DNA of 37,759 nt, taken from Candidatus Iainarchaeum sp. (GTDB lineage: Archaea; Iainarchaeota; Iainarchaeia; Iainarchaeales; JAFGBZ01). The DNA lies in assembly GCA_043817715.1 (NCBI GenBank), contig JBDRGO010000043.1:1-37759 (forward strand), read 5' to 3'. Made by a program: the position numbers and the translations under genes. Positions 36,500 through 37,759 of this stretch are shown one piece after another. Within the stretch, counting starts at the first letter, position 1. Each line of letters opens with the position of its first letter. The notes below the pieces were generated by a model. The model did no database searches. It saw nothing but the letters and a program-made list of their open reading frames with translations, and was not told the DNA's origin.

Positions 36500-36659
36500 T
36501 AATTTTCTTGAAAATATCCTCTGTTTTATCCGCAATAACTTTTGTTCCCTGCACGGAAGTTTTCTGCAATTGGGAAACAATAACCAAAACAATTGCAACA
36601 ATTGCTGCAAGGACAATAATTAATTCAACCGATATTTGGGCCTTCTGTTCTGAAATCAT
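36486..36659 (-). CDS. short class III signal peptide pilin (57 aa)
   Basis: From the ATG at 36659 it reads MISEQKA|QISVELIIVLAAIVAIV. Confidence 0.6.
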   Translation of the reverse strand: MISEQKAQISVELIIVLAAIVAIVLVIVSQLQKTSVQGTKVIADKTEDIFKKINEID

Positions 36660-36756
36660 ACAAAAAGAATACGGCAATAATAATTTAAATATTTCGTTGA
36701 TTGACGATATTTCTTTGTTGTGTGTTTTTTAAATTTTTTGCTTTAAAATTCATGCA

Positions 36757-37362
36757 ATGCATAAAAAAGAAATCAATGATTTGGTAATAAGCTGGATTAC
36801 AATAAGCCTGGCTTTTTCATGGGTTTTATCCAATTTCAATATTCTTGACTTAGTTACAGGCCAAAGCGGGGGATTTGCCTCATTTATTGAAATACTCCCA
36901 GTTTCTTTGATTGTTACTGCAACAGGATTTATTTTTCATGAACTGGCGCACAGGCAGATGGCTAAAAATTTCGGGGCGCATGCGGAATACAGGATGTGGC
37001 CTAACATGCTTTTGATTGCAGTGGCTGTTTCCTTGTTTTTCGGGGTTGTTTTTGCAGCCCCGGGAGCGGTTTATATTTATGGCCCCCATCTGGACAGAAA
37101 AAAAAACGGGTTGATTTCTTTGGCAGGGCCTGCAACAAATATTTTAATCTCAGTTATTTTTGCAGTGCTTTTAATTAATGTCGGCGGGGCATTAAGCCAA
37201 TTGTTTTTTCTCGGCGCATACATTAATTTATTTTTAGGATTGTTCAATCTTCTGCCAATGGGGCCATTGGACGGAAAAAAAATCTTTGTCTGGAATCCGT
37301 TAATCTGGGCGACGTTTTTTGTCCCCGCATTATTCATGTTTCTTTTCATCAGGCTGATTTAA
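36757..37362 (+). CDS. M50-family (site-2 protease-like) membrane metalloprotease
   Basis: HELAHR at the first motif, NLLPMGPLDG at the second, and a polytopic profile. Confidence 0.8.
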   Translation: MHKKEINDLVISWITISLAFSWVLSNFNILDLVTGQSGGFASFIEILPVSLIVTATGFIFHELAHRQMAKNFGAHAEYRMWPNMLLIAVAVSLFFGVVFAAPGAVYIYGPHLDRKKNGLISLAGPATNILISVIFAVLLINVGGALSQLFFLGAYINLFLGLFNLLPMGPLDGKKIFVWNPLIWATFFVPALFMFLFIRLI

Positions 37363-37627
37363 AGCAAAAAGCCCAAGCAAAAAAATTAAAACAAAAACTG
37401 ATTTCGTTTCCGGAAAAAAACTAAATGAAAAAAATTAGCATTTTCGGAAAAAATTAAATGAAAAAAAACGATTCACAAAAAGAAAAACAAAAAAAACCCA
37501 TAAAAAAAAACAATTCTTAAAAAAAAATAAATTTTTTTCAAAAAAGAAAAAAAAGAAACCTTTTTATATGATAAAAAATATAAAGTAAGTATAAATTTTT
37601 TTAATAAAATAAAAGGAGGTTAAGTTT

Positions 37628-37714
37628 ATGGCGGCAAAAAAGAAAAAGAAAGCAGTTAAGAAAACAGTTAAGAAAGTAGTTAAGAAAAAAACTGTTAAGA
37701 AAAAGAAGAAATAA
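37628..37714 (+). CDS. candidate 28-aa lysine-rich basic protein MAAKKKKKAVKKTVKKVVKKKTVKKKKK
   Basis: AAAGGAGGT at 37612-37620, 7 nt before the ATG. A terminator-like hairpin follows. Confidence 0.4.
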   Translation: MAAKKKKKAVKKTVKKVVKKKTVKKKKK

Positions 37715-37728
37715 ATCTTAAAAAAATT

Positions 37729-37759
37729 AAGGGCTTCATGCCCTTTTCTTTTTTTATTT
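37729..37759 (+). terminator. hairpin AAGGGC-TTCAT-GCCCTT followed by a T-run
   Basis: 6-bp GC-containing stem at 37729-37745, then TTTCTTTTTTTATTT. Confidence 0.55.

Noticed and set aside
36500-36616. N-terminal 39 codons of track ORF 36086-36616, and the TTG start at 36677 of the neighbouring ORF.
   Set aside because: The extension overlaps the upstream pilin gene in another frame and precedes a textbook class III signal that starts at ATG 36499. For the neighbour, ATG 36659 likewise gives the canonical short prepilin leader.

Overview
This is an AT-rich archaeal chromosomal segment. The informational genes are archaeal in type: PCNA, RFC large subunit, Orc1/Cdc6, RpoL, exosome Csl4, Nob1, two-subunit PheRS and membrane LonB. 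Small genes, many membrane-anchored hypothetical proteins and GGAGG/GGTGAT-type ribosome-binding sites suggest a DPANN-like lineage, though that is only a guess. About 45 genes are dense on both strands. There are no rRNA genes, tRNA genes or CRISPR arrays. Recognisable modules: (i) a PIN/RHH toxin-antitoxin pair. (ii) A copper-handling cluster (CopA P-type ATPase, an HMA-membrane-cupredoxin fusion, a CopZ chaperone) with a divergent membrane-anchored wHTH regulator. (iii) A replication and RNA-processing core. (iv) A cluster of six class-III-signal-peptide (type IV pilin-like) genes behind a membrane-anchored ArsR-type regulator and next to an M50 protease. The strongest finding is the LonB gene. 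It is broken at one point into two ORFs, each carrying half of an intein, with a free-standing double-motif LAGLIDADG endonuclease gene between them. This is a split-intein or 'fractured gene' arrangement. A second theme is a set of short insertions flanked by direct duplications of gene termini (15, 20, 49 and 83 bp). Two of these inserts share a 16-nt motif, and one duplication heads a tandem pair of fast-diverged Cys-rich small proteins. Other items are a phased 9-mer (about 21 bp) iteron-like array beside PCNA, a candidate C/D-box sRNA, and two tiny lysine-rich ORFs with strong Shine-Dalgarno sites. All family assignments come from reading motifs by eye. No database search was run.
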